The position numbers were made by a program, and so were the translations under genes. The notes under the pieces were generated by a model. It was given only the letters and a program-made list of their open reading frames with translations. It did not search any database and was not told the origin of the DNA. Of a stretch of DNA of 64,000 bases, positions 1-12,374 are shown piece by piece (within the stretch, counting starts at the first letter, position 1; each line of letters starts with the position of its first letter). The stretch is from assembly GCA_001189095.1 (NCBI GenBank), contig LFCK01000001.1:253159-317158 (forward strand), written 5' to 3'. The stretch is from Parcubacteria bacterium C7867-001 (lineage in GTDB: Bacteria > Patescibacteriota > Minisyncoccia > Phycocordibacterales > Phycocordibacteraceae).

Positions 1-140
1 CCTATGACCTCACCAACATGGCAACGCTCGTTCGCTACCCACTTTTTCTTGCTGTCGTTGATATTGCTTGGGGAACCATCGCGTGGAGTATCGTTTCAGG
101 TGCTACCTACCTCGTCGCAACGCGGTTCTTCGGAATGTAA
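1..140 (+). CDS. DUF2177-like membrane protein, 3' fragment
   Basis: Frame from position 3 reads YDLTNMATLVRYPLFLAVVDIAWG...GM*, matching the YDLTNxAT...VDxxWG pattern; runs off the window start. Confidence 0.7.
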   Translation, partial: YDLTNMATLVRYPLFLAVVDIAWGTIAWSIVSGATYLVATRFFGM

Positions 141-196
141 TTGGTAAAGAGTAGTGCTTTTGGTATAGTCGGCCCCAGAAGAAAGGAGTTCGACCA

Positions 197-928
197 ATGA
201 GCGAACCAGAAAAGAAACCTTACCGGTTTGTGCTGACTGACCAAGCGCAATTTCAGAAGACGCTTGAAGACATCAAGGCTTCTGTGGGTGAGCGAACCGA
301 TCTTCTTGCGCAAGTCGAAAAGCTCGATGCGCGCATGAAGATGTATAACGGTGCACTCGCTCAAGCAGTGAAGGTCGGCGGACTAACCAGCGGTGATCCA
401 ATTCGGGATTTCGTTATCTCGAAAGGGCACGGCCTCAACCTCGATACTGAAAAACGCTATGCCGAGATTAACGCGGAGCTAGCTGGGAAAACTGGCGAAC
501 TCATGGCGTTCTTCCGATACCGAACGTATCGGACCTACGGTCCTAACGACAGCAACGAGACCTACGTGCAGTTCTGCATTGCGGTACTGCGCGACGATAA
601 GTTGAAAATGGCCTTAGGTACAAACTGTGCCTTGCCGATCGACTCGTATGTCATCTGCAAAGACTTTCTTCACCAGAAGGACTACGAACTGCAGCGGAGG
701 GTTCCCGAAGATGAATGGGTGACCTTCGAGGTCTTGAAAGATTGGGGCCACCCTCAGAAAGAGTGTCCGTCATTGGCGACGAACATCGCGCTCGTTGCGG
801 GGACGGACAAAGTTCGCTCCTTGTTCGCTTACGCTTATTTGACCATCGGCGAGGCCTCAAAAGCTTCAATGAAAATCGCCGAACGAGATGCGGGTTTGCT
901 CGAACTCGAAAGCGAAAAGTCAGAATGA
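197..928 (+). CDS. hypothetical protein
   Basis: 243-aa ORF, SD AAAGGAG upstream, terminator downstream. Confidence 0.7.
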   Translation: MSEPEKKPYRFVLTDQAQFQKTLEDIKASVGERTDLLAQVEKLDARMKMYNGALAQAVKVGGLTSGDPIRDFVISKGHGLNLDTEKRYAEINAELAGKTGELMAFFRYRTYRTYGPNDSNETYVQFCIAVLRDDKLKMALGTNCALPIDSYVICKDFLHQKDYELQRRVPEDEWVTFEVLKDWGHPQKECPSLATNIALVAGTDKVRSLFAYAYLTIGEASKASMKIAERDAGLLELESEKSE

Positions 929-932
929 ATGC

Positions 933-960
933 ACGCCGCCCCGCAGGGGCGGCGTTTTCT
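933..960 (+). terminator. intrinsic terminator
   Basis: ACGCCGCCCC-GCA-GGGGCGGCGT followed by TTTCT. Confidence 0.75.
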
Positions 961-982
961 TGCATGCTATATTTCGAAAATC

Positions 983-2281
983 ATGCGCACCGAAATAGTC
1001 CATCCGGGAGCTGAAAAACTTCGTTACGAAATTCGCCAGATCGTAGCGATCGGCAAGCAAATTCAAGCGCTCGGCACCACTGTTGTCTGGGAGAATATCG
1101 GCGACCCCGTTGCAAAGGGCGAGCAAGTGCCGAGCTGGATAAAAGAGATTGTTCAGGAAACAGCAGCTGAAAACAGTAGTTTCGGTTACTCGCCGACCGC
1201 GGGACTCGACGAGACGCGCGCGTACATCGCCTACGAACGCAATTTGGAAGGCGGCATTCAGATAACTCCGGACGACATTCTCTTTTTCAACGGACTTGGT
1301 GACGGAATCAATAAGCTCTACTCGAACCTCCATCAGAACGCGCGTGTCATTGGACCAAATCCGGCATATCCGACCCACTCCTCAGCAGAGGCGGCGCACG
1401 CGGACGCCCCACACATTACCTATAAGCTCGACCCCGAGCGAAACTGGGAACCCGATCTCGAAGATCTCGAGCGGAAGGTCAAAGAAAACAAGAATATTGC
1501 GGCGATTATTATTATCAACCCCGATAACCCGACAGGGTTCGTCTATCCGCAGCAAACCCTCGCGAAAATCGTGAACATCGCACGTGAATATGGTCTTTTT
1601 GTTATCTCGGATGAGATTTATTCGAATCTTGCCTATAAAGATAGCGGTATGAAGAAACTTGCGTCGGTTATCGACGGCGTCCCCGGCATTGCGATGCGGG
1701 GCATCAGTAAAGAGTTCCCGTGGCCCGGCGCGCGCTGTGGCTGGATGGAATTCTATAATCGCGACAAAGACGAGCGTTTTGACGCGTACGCGCGCTCAAT
1801 CATCAACTCGAAGATGCTTGAGGTCTGCTCGACGACGCTTCCGCAGGCGGTCCTTCCGAAAGTAATGAAGGATGATCGCTATTATCCGTATCTTGCCGAG
1901 CGCGTAAAAGCATATGATGAAAAATCAAAGCACGCGGTAGAAACGCTTTCAAAAATTCCCGAAGTGCTCATTAATCCAGCGCGCGGTGCGTTCTACATGA
2001 CGCTCGTTTTCCGCAATGGGGCATTGAAAAACACTCAGAAGCTCGGTCTTTCGCCGGAAGCGGAAGCAGTGATCGCTCCATTCCTTGAACATGCATCGCT
2101 CGATCAACGCTTCGCGTATTACCTCCTTGCGGCGAAGGGAATCTGCGTCGTTCCGCTTTCGACCGGCTTCAATAGCGATCGAAGCGGTTTTCGCTTCACG
2201 CTTCTTGAGCCAGATCGCACGAAGTTTACTGCGTTAGTCGGAACGCTTCGCGATGCGGTTCAGGAATATTTGCGCTCATAA
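983..2281 (+). CDS. PLP-dependent aminotransferase class I/II (AlaA-like)
   Basis: NIGDP, INPDNPTG, ISDEIY, GISKEFPWPGARCGW motifs. Confidence 0.9.
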   Translation: MRTEIVHPGAEKLRYEIRQIVAIGKQIQALGTTVVWENIGDPVAKGEQVPSWIKEIVQETAAENSSFGYSPTAGLDETRAYIAYERNLEGGIQITPDDILFFNGLGDGINKLYSNLHQNARVIGPNPAYPTHSSAEAAHADAPHITYKLDPERNWEPDLEDLERKVKENKNIAAIIIINPDNPTGFVYPQQTLAKIVNIAREYGLFVISDEIYSNLAYKDSGMKKLASVIDGVPGIAMRGISKEFPWPGARCGWMEFYNRDKDERFDAYARSIINSKMLEVCSTTLPQAVLPKVMKDDRYYPYLAERVKAYDEKSKHAVETLSKIPEVLINPARGAFYMTLVFRNGALKNTQKLGLSPEAEAVIAPFLEHASLDQRFAYYLLAAKGICVVPLSTGFNSDRSGFRFTLLEPDRTKFTALVGTLRDAVQEYLRS

Positions 2282-2288
2282 AATATCA

Positions 2289-2317
2289 AAACCCCCGAGC
2301 CAATGGCTCGGGGGTTT
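2289..2317. terminator. bidirectional terminator between convergent genes
   Basis: AAACCCCCGAGCC-AAT-GGCTCGGGGGTTT. Confidence 0.8.
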
Positions 2318-2319
2318 GT

Positions 2320-2613
2320 TCACACGCCAGATTCAGGTTTGCGTTCTCCTGCTTTCGTTGGGTCCCCGCCAACAATGAACACATTACAGAGCTCCATGAG
2401 TTCGAGTGTAGGACAGCGACTTCCATCCCGTTTTGGAAAGTAGTGGTCCATATTCCCGCGGGTTGGCTCTAGCGAAAGGGCTGTGAGAATAAATTCCGCA
2501 TCGCTTGAGTCGAACAGGGAGGTGTCTTGTATCAGGTAGACGGTTCGCCCATGAATCCTTCGACTTATCGCCCAGCGTCCACCTTCGACTGGCATAAGGT
2601 ACTTGTCTGTCAT
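2320..2613 (-). CDS. hypothetical protein downstream of a candidate attenuator
   Basis: 97-aa ORF with SD AGGAG. Confidence 0.6.
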   Translation of the reverse strand: MTDKYLMPVEGGRWAISRRIHGRTVYLIQDTSLFDSSDAEFILTALSLEPTRGNMDHYFPKRDGSRCPTLELMELCNVFIVGGDPTKAGERKPESGV

Positions 2614-2624
2614 CGTTCTCTCCT

Positions 2625-2747
2625 AAAACGAACGGAGCCCGCATCTGGCGGGCTCCGGTTCAGATATTTCTTTGAGGAGAATCATCCAAAACGCAACCCA
2701 CCACGCGGGCTCGTTAGGACGACGACATTCTGTGCGAACGAATTCAT
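2625..2747 (-). promoter_or_regulatory. candidate attenuator with leader peptide MNSFAQNVVVLTSPRGGLRFG (2682..2747)
   Basis: Short ORF with VVVL run, alternative 1:2 / 2:3 / 3:4 pairings, terminator stem 2633-2657 with U-rich tail. Confidence 0.55.
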
Positions 2748-2828
2748 CTGCTCATTTAATCACTTCATGCACATTTGTAAACTGCTCCGCCATAGACAGG
2801 GAGAATGCATAAGTGCTACGGTCAACGT

Positions 2829-3317
2829 ATGAAAGCGAAGGAGCAGCCGACACACATTGAGCGCATTGTTGCGTGGACAGGTTCCGTACCTTCGCTCGTT
2901 GTGCATACGGTAGCGTTTGCAGGAGCGTTCGCATTCGGACTATGGGGAGCGGCGTCATGGGATACAGTGCTGCTCGTTCTTACAACTATCGTCTCGCTCG
3001 AAGCGATTTATCTTTCGCTGCTCATTCAAATTACCGTAAATCGACAAGCGCAGTCTATTAAGGAGATTGAGGAAGATATCGAAGAAGTGCAGGAAGACGT
3101 CGAGGAGATCAGCGAGGACATCGACGAGCTTCAGGAAGACGTGGAAGAAATGTCGGAAGATGTTGAAGAAATGCAGGAAGACATCGAGGAGATGACCGAG
3201 GAGGAACAAGAAGCGGACGCAATCGAAAAGCAGCACACCGCAAATCTCGAGCAGCTCACGCAGGACGTGAAAAAACTCCTGCTTGACCTTGAAGCGCTGA
3301 AAGCAGAGAAGAAATAA
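2829..3317 (+). CDS. DUF1003-like membrane protein with acidic coiled-coil tail
   Basis: Two TM segments, LTTIVSLEAIYLS...NRQ pattern, then acidic heptads. Confidence 0.7.
   Translation: MKAKEQPTHIERIVAWTGSVPSLVVHTVAFAGAFAFGLWGAASWDTVLLVLTTIVSLEAIYLSLLIQITVNRQAQSIKEIEEDIEEVQEDVEEISEDIDELQEDVEEMSEDVEEMQEDIEEMTEEEQEADAIEKQHTANLEQLTQDVKKLLLDLEALKAEKK
3062..3210 (+). repeat. in-frame 21-nt (heptad) degenerate tandem repeat
   Basis: EIEEDIE/EVQEDVE/EISEDID/ELQEDVE/EMSEDVE/EMQEDIE. Confidence 0.85.
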
Positions 3318-3387
3318 TCCCGCGCACGTCTTGCGAGCGAGCGCTTTTTCGTGGTATCACATAGTGTTCGAAAAGGAGAAAAGAAAA

Positions 3388-3684
3388 ATGGGAAGTCCCA
3401 TTGCAGATGCTCGGTTTCAAAGTGTTTGGTCACGGAGAAATGATCCCGTGCACCTACCGACAGCAGCCGAACGTGCGGCCGCAGAAGAGCGCAAGCTCGT
3501 CGACCGGCAAGAAGCAGCGCTTCGCACAAGCCTCAGAAGCCAGTTCGCCGTCGACGATCCGGTAACAACCATGGATGGTCGACACGGCACCATTTCCTTC
3601 ATTACGAAGAATGGCTGCGCGACCGTTCTTTTCAAAAAAGGAAAACCGGAGAGTCATTCGCTCACGGTACTCACCAAACGGTGA
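3388..3684 (+). CDS. hypothetical protein, possible KOW/SH3-like C-terminus
   Basis: SD AAGGAG; FAVDDPVTTMDGRHGTI pattern; terminator follows. Confidence 0.6.
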   Translation: MGSPIADARFQSVWSRRNDPVHLPTAAERAAAEERKLVDRQEAALRTSLRSQFAVDDPVTTMDGRHGTISFITKNGCATVLFKKGKPESHSLTVLTKR

Positions 3685-3727
3685 ATTAATTCTTGAATCA
3701 ACGAAGCCCGCCGAGAATCGGCGGGCT

Positions 3728-3970
3728 TTATTTTTCCTCGCCGCGCAAATCCTCGACGACGTCCTCGTACGCATTTTCTACGCGATCCTTTACGTCGGCG
3801 ACTTTTTCCTCGGTTTTCTCTTTAACCGATTCAAACCATTTCTCCATCTTTTTCCGTCGCTGCTGGCCTTCTGGGCCGTAGAGGAAGAAGCTGCCGATGG
3901 TTGCCGTAACAGCGGCGCCAAGAAGGAATCCGAGTGCTGTGTTCTCTCCAGAGTGGTGGTGCTTATGCAT
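3728..3970 (-). CDS. YtxH-domain protein
   Basis: GFLLGAAV...FLYGPEGQQRRKK followed by a charged helix. Confidence 0.75.
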   Translation of the reverse strand: MHKHHHSGENTALGFLLGAAVTATIGSFFLYGPEGQQRRKKMEKWFESVKEKTEEKVADVKDRVENAYEDVVEDLRGEEK

Positions 3971-3983
3971 AAGGGTGTTTTGT

Positions 3984-4235
3984 TTATTTTCTGCCGGTAA
4001 AGAATTCACGAACAGCAATGAACGGTATCCTGCTTGCAAAACGTATGACACGCATTGCCTGCTTGCGTCCGCGGGCGAACAAGCCGATTTCCGCACGCAC
4101 TTCTTCCGCGAGACTGCGTAGCGCTTGCGCTGCTTTAATCGCGTGATACGCGACGGCAACAGAGGCGATCGTTACGACAATCACGCCTGTTGCCGTGATC
4201 GCGAAAAAAGTTTGCAAGAGATGCGAATCCGTCAC
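3984..4235 (-). CDS. small membrane protein
   Basis: Single TM (FFAITATGVIVVTIASVAVAY), directly upstream of the YtxH gene; GTG start inferred. Confidence 0.55.
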   Translation of the reverse strand: MTDSHLLQTFFAITATGVIVVTIASVAVAYHAIKAAQALRSLAEEVRAEIGLFARGRKQAMRVIRFASRIPFIAVREFFTGRK

Positions 4236-4291
4236 AGAGGTAACTCTACCGAAGGGGTAGTGAAGGCTGCATGAGCGTCTTTCAAAGAAGA

Positions 4292-4321
4292 TTGACAAAT
4301 ACTGAATTTATAGTTTATAAT
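4292..4321 (+). promoter_or_regulatory. sigma70-type promoter
   Basis: TTGACA-18 nt-TATAAT, then a 5' hairpin and SD AGGAGG. Confidence 0.75.
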
Positions 4322-4380
4322 TAAACTTAGACGTTCTGCGGTTCGGATGTTCCGGACCGCAGAGCGCAGGAGGCACTCAA

Positions 4381-5217
4381 ATGCATCTTGAAGATCAACG
4401 TATTTGCTCGCATGCGAGCAAAAGTGCGCTCGGGCTCATCGAGATCCGCTACGAAGCGGGGTTATCGAAAAACCGGTTGCCGTATCACAGTCGTTGGCAT
4501 ACCGAAAGCGTGATTCGTCGCGCTGCAATGATCGCTGATGCAATTTGCGTCGACGATCGTTCAAAAATGCTCGCTCATGTCGCGGCAGCTTTCCACGACG
4601 TCGTTCACGAGCGTGGCGCACCTCAAGGCGAGAATGAATGGCAGTCGGTCGTCGACTTCCAGTTCTGGGTCCCTTCGCTTGCGCTCATTGAAGCCAAGCT
4701 TTCGGATGCCGAGCAAGCGCTCGTCAAAGAAGCGATTCTCGCGACCAGTGTGTCGTGGAGTGCTGAGCACCAGACGATCATTCAGCCAAATCTCATGCCG
4801 GACTCGGATCCGGTAGTGCGAGCGGTTGCGATGGCCGATATCGGGAGCCCCGGCATGGAGCCGGACGATTTCGAGAAAGGCAGCGATCTTCTGTTCGCAG
4901 AACGCGAGACAGATATTATGCTGGCGCTCGAACTTTCCGATGGTCAGGACTGGGTTCCGAAGCCGCTGCAGAATGAGTATATTGCCCGCTACGTGAAGTG
5001 GAAGGAAACGCAGCTTTTGTTCGCGAAGAGCCGCAAGGCACTTTTCGAAACGGAGCTCGGCAACCTTGCTGACGGCCGCAATCGAATGCGAGCGCTATTC
5101 TCCCACTTCGACGAATCGATCGATATTGCGGACAATCACGTCTTGCGTGCTCGGACGATTCGTTTCGACGAGCTCGCGGCGCTCCTTATGCCGAACAAGT
5201 TCTCGGCTGAGGCGTAA
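4381..5217 (+). CDS. HD-domain metal-dependent phosphohydrolase
   Basis: PYHSRWHTESV, AAAFHDVVH, MADIG motifs. Confidence 0.8.
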   Translation: MHLEDQRICSHASKSALGLIEIRYEAGLSKNRLPYHSRWHTESVIRRAAMIADAICVDDRSKMLAHVAAAFHDVVHERGAPQGENEWQSVVDFQFWVPSLALIEAKLSDAEQALVKEAILATSVSWSAEHQTIIQPNLMPDSDPVVRAVAMADIGSPGMEPDDFEKGSDLLFAERETDIMLALELSDGQDWVPKPLQNEYIARYVKWKETQLLFAKSRKALFETELGNLADGRNRMRALFSHFDESIDIADNHVLRARTIRFDELAALLMPNKFSAEA

Positions 5218-5238
5218 TCGTCCCGCAAGTAAATGCAG

Positions 5239-5265
5239 AAACCCCGCGCCAAAGGCGCGGGGTTT
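5239..5265. terminator. bidirectional terminator
   Basis: AAACCCCGCGCC-AAA-GGCGCGGGGTTT between convergent genes. Confidence 0.8.
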
Positions 5266-5269
5266 TTCT

Positions 5270-6163
5270 TTATCCATACCGGTAGGCAGTCACTTTCTTG
5301 AAGCCATACCGCAGGACATGGACCATGATGTCGTAGAGAGCGTGCACGATGATCGCGACGAAGATGCCGTAGTTCACGGTCGCAAACATGAGGACGCATC
5401 CTGCGTACCATGAGTTCACGGCCCCCAAGAGGCCTTGGTATTTGTGGCCATCTCGGAACCAGGCGTTCGCCGCAAACATTCCTATGATGAGCATGGCAGG
5501 CTCTTTTCCGTAGAACACGGGATGCATGAGCTTGAGTGTCATGAAGTCCGCGATTGGATACAGGATGTTCTTGTAGATGAAGAACACCGGATCGTGGTTC
5601 AGCTTGAACACCGCCCAAACGACGAGCGCTGCGAGCCCTGTGAGGAGCAGGCGCCCGAGGAATGGTGCATCCATGTTTCGCAGGAAGAGCGAGATGAAGA
5701 AAATTACCCCGAGGCCAGCCGCAATAACGGCGACGACCCAGCCTGCAACACCCCAGAACCAATTGAAGACGACGAGCAGCAGCATGGCGTACATGACGCC
5801 GATGCCGCGGAACCACGCCTCTTCAAGGACACCTGCGCTCACCGAGCGAAACATTCCCTCGACGAGCAGTCCTTCATCTTGCGACGGACGACTGTCTGAA
5901 AGTGTATCGGGCTTGAAGATATAGATTGCGCAGGACAAGCCCGCCCCACAGGCCAACAACGGCCAGAACCGGAGCACGTCGTGCGTCCAGTCCTTCGACA
6001 GATACAGGTAGGGGTAGATGAAGAATGTCGGCCAGAAGTGATGGAGCACAAGCGCCCCAAGACCGCCGAACACGCAGAGAAGCAGCAAGAGAATTTTGAC
6101 TGCCCAAACATTCACCAGCCGCTCGGTTTCTTGATCTCCTTCGAGATCGTCTTTGACGCTCAT
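5270..6163 (-). CDS. CPBP (CAAX/Abi) family intramembrane metalloprotease
   Basis: LEEAWFRG, FxxxH (FRDGH), IVHALYD motifs; multiple TMs; SD GGAGG. Confidence 0.8.
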   Translation of the reverse strand: MSVKDDLEGDQETERLVNVWAVKILLLLLCVFGGLGALVLHHFWPTFFIYPYLYLSKDWTHDVLRFWPLLACGAGLSCAIYIFKPDTLSDSRPSQDEGLLVEGMFRSVSAGVLEEAWFRGIGVMYAMLLLVVFNWFWGVAGWVVAVIAAGLGVIFFISLFLRNMDAPFLGRLLLTGLAALVVWAVFKLNHDPVFFIYKNILYPIADFMTLKLMHPVFYGKEPAMLIIGMFAANAWFRDGHKYQGLLGAVNSWYAGCVLMFATVNYGIFVAIIVHALYDIMVHVLRYGFKKVTAYRYG

Positions 6164-6268
6164 TGAGCACCTCCAAAAGATCAGTTGATGCTGAAAGCAT
6201 TTAAATACACTTATACTATTTGGTCAAATTCTCTGCATACTCGAGCTGTTTTATGCTACAGTTCATCC

Positions 6269-7364
<1,096 letters not shown>

Positions 7365-7386
7365 AGCACTGCTTTCTCGGTAACGT

Positions 7387-7836
7387 ATGGAATCAGTCTT
7401 AGGAGTCTTCGGCATCGACTGGCATCTCTTGTTCGCGCAAGGGGTGAACTTCCTCGTACTCGTTGCGCTTTTGACGTGGCTTCTCTATAAGCCGGTCTTG
7501 AAAATCGTCCGCGAACGCGAGGCGGTGATCGCAAAGGGCGTTGAGGATGCGGAAGCGGCGCAGGCCAAGCTCGCTGAGGCGGATACCGAGGTGCGCTCAA
7601 AACTCGTTACTGCTGAAACGGAAGCTGAGCGCGTGGTCGCAACAGCACGTGAAGCAGCGAATGAAGAAAAGGCGCGTATCGTAAGCGATGCGAATGCTCG
7701 TGCTGCTGCGGCGCTCGCCGACAGCGAGGCACGCGCAAAAGAAGCGGCAGCGAAAGCGCTTCGTGACTCTGAAAAGGAGATCGCACGTCTTTCCGTGCTT
7801 GCTGCAGAAAAAGTCCTTCGAGAGAAGGCGAAATAA
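7387..7836 (+). CDS. atpF: ATP synthase Fo subunit b
   Basis: AQGVNFLVL...LYKPV then coiled coil. Confidence 0.93.
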   Translation: MESVLGVFGIDWHLLFAQGVNFLVLVALLTWLLYKPVLKIVREREAVIAKGVEDAEAAQAKLAEADTEVRSKLVTAETEAERVVATAREAANEEKARIVSDANARAAAALADSEARAKEAAAKALRDSEKEIARLSVLAAEKVLREKAK

Positions 7837-7838
7837 TC

Positions 7839-8204
7839 ATGGAAAAGGAGTACGCGCACGCTATCGCTCGATCGCTTACGGCCGGAGCTGATGAAAAGAA
7901 GCTCTTCGATGGTCTTATGCGTCACCTGAAGAGCGTTGGTCGCGTGAAGCTCCTTCCAAGAATTCTTCGCGAGTTGAAACGAGATCTCGTTCGTGCGAGC
8001 GCACACGCGCCGCACGTCGAAGCTGCTTCTGAGGACGATGCTGCTGCAGCGAAGAAAGCAGCTGCGAGCGTTGGTATTGCCGTGAAGAAAGTCGAAGTGA
8101 ATCCATCGCTCATCATGGGCTGGCGCGCTCGTCTCGGGAGTTCGCTCGTCGATGTGTCGGCGAAACGTGCGCTCATAGATATTTATCGGAACATTACAAA
8201 CTAG
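7839..8204 (+). CDS. atpH: ATP synthase F1 subunit delta (short)
   Basis: Operon position; VNPSLIMGW...LVDVS C-terminal motif. Confidence 0.85.
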   Translation: MEKEYAHAIARSLTAGADEKKLFDGLMRHLKSVGRVKLLPRILRELKRDLVRASAHAPHVEAASEDDAAAAKKAAASVGIAVKKVEVNPSLIMGWRARLGSSLVDVSAKRALIDIYRNITN

Positions 8205-8206
8205 GT

Positions 8207-9754
8207 ATGGAGAGCATTATCAAGAAAATCGAAGAAGAAATCGCAGGGTTCGCACCGAAAGGCGGCAGCGAAGAAGTAGGCATCGTGCGCGCAGCTGGCG
8301 ACGGCATCGCGGAAATCGATGGCCTCGATAACGCGGTCATGAACGAAATGGTGCTGTTCGATCCGACGTTCGACCGAACGCTCGAAGAGGCGCTTAAGGA
8401 CGATACGCAGGTATACGGCCTCGTCTTGAACCTTGAAGAGGACGGTGTTCGCGCCGTCATTCTCGGTGATGCCACCAAAGTGTACGAAGGTATGCTCGTG
8501 CGCCGTCTCGGACGCTTGCTCTCCATCCCTGTCGGTGATTCGCTCATCGGACGCGTCGTCAATCCTCTCGGAGAACCGGTTGACGGAAAGGGTCCGCTCG
8601 CAAAGACGGTCTTGAAGCCGATTGAGCGCGAAGCATACGGCGTGATGGATCGTGCGCCGGTGAAGCAGCCGCTTCACACGGGCATTAAGTCAATTGACGC
8701 GATGATTCCGATTGGTCGTGGTCAGCGCGAGCTCATCATCGGTGACCGCGGAACCGGAAAGACCACCGTCGTTATCGACGCCATCATCAATCAGAAATCA
8801 GAGCCGGTAGAAACGCGCCCTATTTGCGTGTATGTCGCTATCGGCCAGAAGGAAAGCAAGACGGCGAAGCTTGTTGCCGAGCTCGAAGCGCGCGGCGCGA
8901 TGGAGTATTCCGTGGTCGTCACAGCCTCTGCGTCGAGTCCAGCAGCCTTCCAGTATCTCGCACCGTTTGCGGGTGCAACCATCGGCGAATTCTTCATGGA
9001 CGCAGGGAAGGACGCGCTCGTCGTGTACGACGACCTTTCTAAACAGGCAGTCGCGTACCGCCAGATGTCGCTCCTCCTTCGTCGCCCGCCAGGTCGTGAA
9101 GCGTATCCGGGCGATGTGTTCTACCTCCACTCCCGTCTTCTTGAGCGCGCAGCAAAGCTTTCGCCTGAAAAGGGCGGCGGCTCCTTGACCGCGCTTCCTA
9201 TTATTGAGACGCAGGACAACGATATCTCGGCGTACATTCCGACGAACGTGATTTCCATTACGGACGGTCAGATGTTCCTTGAGACGAACCTCTTTAACCA
9301 AGGCTTCCGTCCAGCTATCAACGTCGGTAACTCAGTGTCTCGCGTGGGTTCCGCAGCTCAGACCAAGGCGATGAAGAAGGTTGCTGGAAAGATTAAGCTC
9401 GAACTCGCGCAGTTCCGCGAACTCGAAGCCTTCATGCAATTTTCTTCGGACCTCGATGCAGAAACCAAAAAGCGCATCGATTCCGGTAAGCGCATGACGG
9501 AAATCTTGAAGCAGAAGAACGGCGAGCCGATTCCGTTTGAGCTTGAAGCAGCAATCATCTTCGCTGCAACGAACGGCTACTTCGATTCGTTCGCTCCGGA
9601 AAAGACAGCGGCAGAAGAGGAAAAAATGCAGGACTTCCTTCGCCGCGAAGCAAACGATGTGCTTGAAGAAATAAAGTCGTCGAAAGAAATCGGCGAGGAT
9701 ACGGAGAAGAAGCTCCGTTCTGCGCTCGAGAAGTTCGTCGCGCGCGCTTCCTAA
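8207..9754 (+). CDS. atpA: ATP synthase F1 subunit alpha
   Basis: [31 protein letters not shown]. Confidence 0.99.
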   Translation: MESIIKKIEEEIAGFAPKGGSEEVGIVRAAGDGIAEIDGLDNAVMNEMVLFDPTFDRTLEEALKDDTQVYGLVLNLEEDGVRAVILGDATKVYEGMLVRRLGRLLSIPVGDSLIGRVVNPLGEPVDGKGPLAKTVLKPIEREAYGVMDRAPVKQPLHTGIKSIDAMIPIGRGQRELIIGDRGTGKTTVVIDAIINQKSEPVETRPICVYVAIGQKESKTAKLVAELEARGAMEYSVVVTASASSPAAFQYLAPFAGATIGEFFMDAGKDALVVYDDLSKQAVAYRQMSLLLRRPPGREAYPGDVFYLHSRLLERAAKLSPEKGGGSLTALPIIETQDNDISAYIPTNVISITDGQMFLETNLFNQGFRPAINVGNSVSRVGSAAQTKAMKKVAGKIKLELAQFRELEAFMQFSSDLDAETKKRIDSGKRMTEILKQKNGEPIPFELEAAIIFAATNGYFDSFAPEKTAAEEEKMQDFLRREANDVLEEIKSSKEIGEDTEKKLRSALEKFVARAS

Positions 9755-9760
9755 TCAACA

Positions 9761-10669
9761 ATGGCGCTAAAAGACATTAAAAACAAAATAGCTTCGACCA
9801 ATCGCACGCATAAAGTGACGCGTGCGATGGAAGCGGTGTCGGCGGTGAAGATGCGTAATACGCAGCAGGCAGCGTTCAAAGGGCGTCCGTACGCTCGCGC
9901 AGCGCTTTCTATCCTTGCGCGTCTCTCGGGAAGTGCGGATCTCAAAAAGCATCCGCTTACGCAAGTGCGTCCAGTAAAAAAGACTGCGCTGGTCGTCATG
10001 ACGAGCGATAAGGGTCTTGCCGGTGGCCTCAACTCGGGCGTCATCAAGGCAGCACAGCGAGAAATCGGCGAGAAGAAAAAGGAAGAGGTCGTTATCTTCG
10101 CGTATGGCCGCAAAGGCGAGGAATATTTCTCGCGCCGCGGCTACACAATTGCAAAAGCGATAGAGAATAAGCGCGACGACATTCCGCTTTCGGTGATGGA
10201 AGAGCTTTCTCGCGAGCTTTCAGCGGGCTTCCTTGCGGGAGACTACGATGAAGTGAAGGCTGCTTACAGCAACTTCAAATCGACCTTCGAGCAGATTCCA
10301 ACACTCCGCCCGCTACTTCCGCTTTCGGTTGAAGCGGTTGCGGAACTCGTGAAGGATATTCAGCCTATTAAAGGAAAGTGGGCGGAGCAGGCACCTATCG
10401 AATCGCCTTCAGCGTATGAAGTCGAGCCGTCGGGTGAGGAAGTACTCGGCGTGCTCATCCCGAAGCTTGTCGCCGTATCGCTCTACCACATGCTGCTGGA
10501 AGGGAAGGCGTCTGAGCATTCAGCTCGCATGGTCGCGATGAAGAATGCGTCGGATAAATCGAAGGAGGTCGCGCATAACTTCACCCGCCTTTACAACAAG
10601 ATCCGTCAGGCCGCGATTACTCGCGAAGTGTCGGAAATTGTGTCAGGCCGCGAAGCGCTTGCTTCATAA
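9761..10669 (+). CDS. atpG: ATP synthase F1 subunit gamma
   Basis: SDKGLAGGLN, SEHSARMVAM, RQAAITRE. Confidence 0.98.
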   Translation: MALKDIKNKIASTNRTHKVTRAMEAVSAVKMRNTQQAAFKGRPYARAALSILARLSGSADLKKHPLTQVRPVKKTALVVMTSDKGLAGGLNSGVIKAAQREIGEKKKEEVVIFAYGRKGEEYFSRRGYTIAKAIENKRDDIPLSVMEELSRELSAGFLAGDYDEVKAAYSNFKSTFEQIPTLRPLLPLSVEAVAELVKDIQPIKGKWAEQAPIESPSAYEVEPSGEEVLGVLIPKLVAVSLYHMLLEGKASEHSARMVAMKNASDKSKEVAHNFTRLYNKIRQAAITREVSEIVSGREALAS

Positions 10670-10676
10670 TTAGTAA

Positions 10677-12074
<1,398 letters not shown>

Positions 12075-12076
12075 CG

Positions 12077-12325
12077 ATGAGTAAGACCTTTCATCTCACC
12101 ATTGCGCGCGTCGGAGAAAATCTCTTCGACGGGGAAGCGGTATCGGTTGAACTCCCCGGCAAGGATGGAGCGTTTACGGTACTTGCAGATCATGAAGCTT
12201 TCGTAACGCCGCTTAAGGCCGGCGAAGCCGTGGTAAAGGTCGCTGAAGGAAAGTCTGAGCGCATTTCTATTCAGGAAGGAGGCATCGCTGAAGTCTCAAA
12301 GAACCAAACGACGGTTTTGCTCTAA
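12077..12325 (+). CDS. atpC: ATP synthase F1 subunit epsilon (beta-sandwich domain only)
   Basis: LPGKDGAFTVLADH; 82 aa; follows atpD. Confidence 0.9.
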   Translation: MSKTFHLTIARVGENLFDGEAVSVELPGKDGAFTVLADHEAFVTPLKAGEAVVKVAEGKSERISIQEGGIAEVSKNQTTVLL

Positions 12326-12374
12326 TCCACACACCCACACACGGGGAGGTCTGAGCTCGTTATACTGAGTGCAT

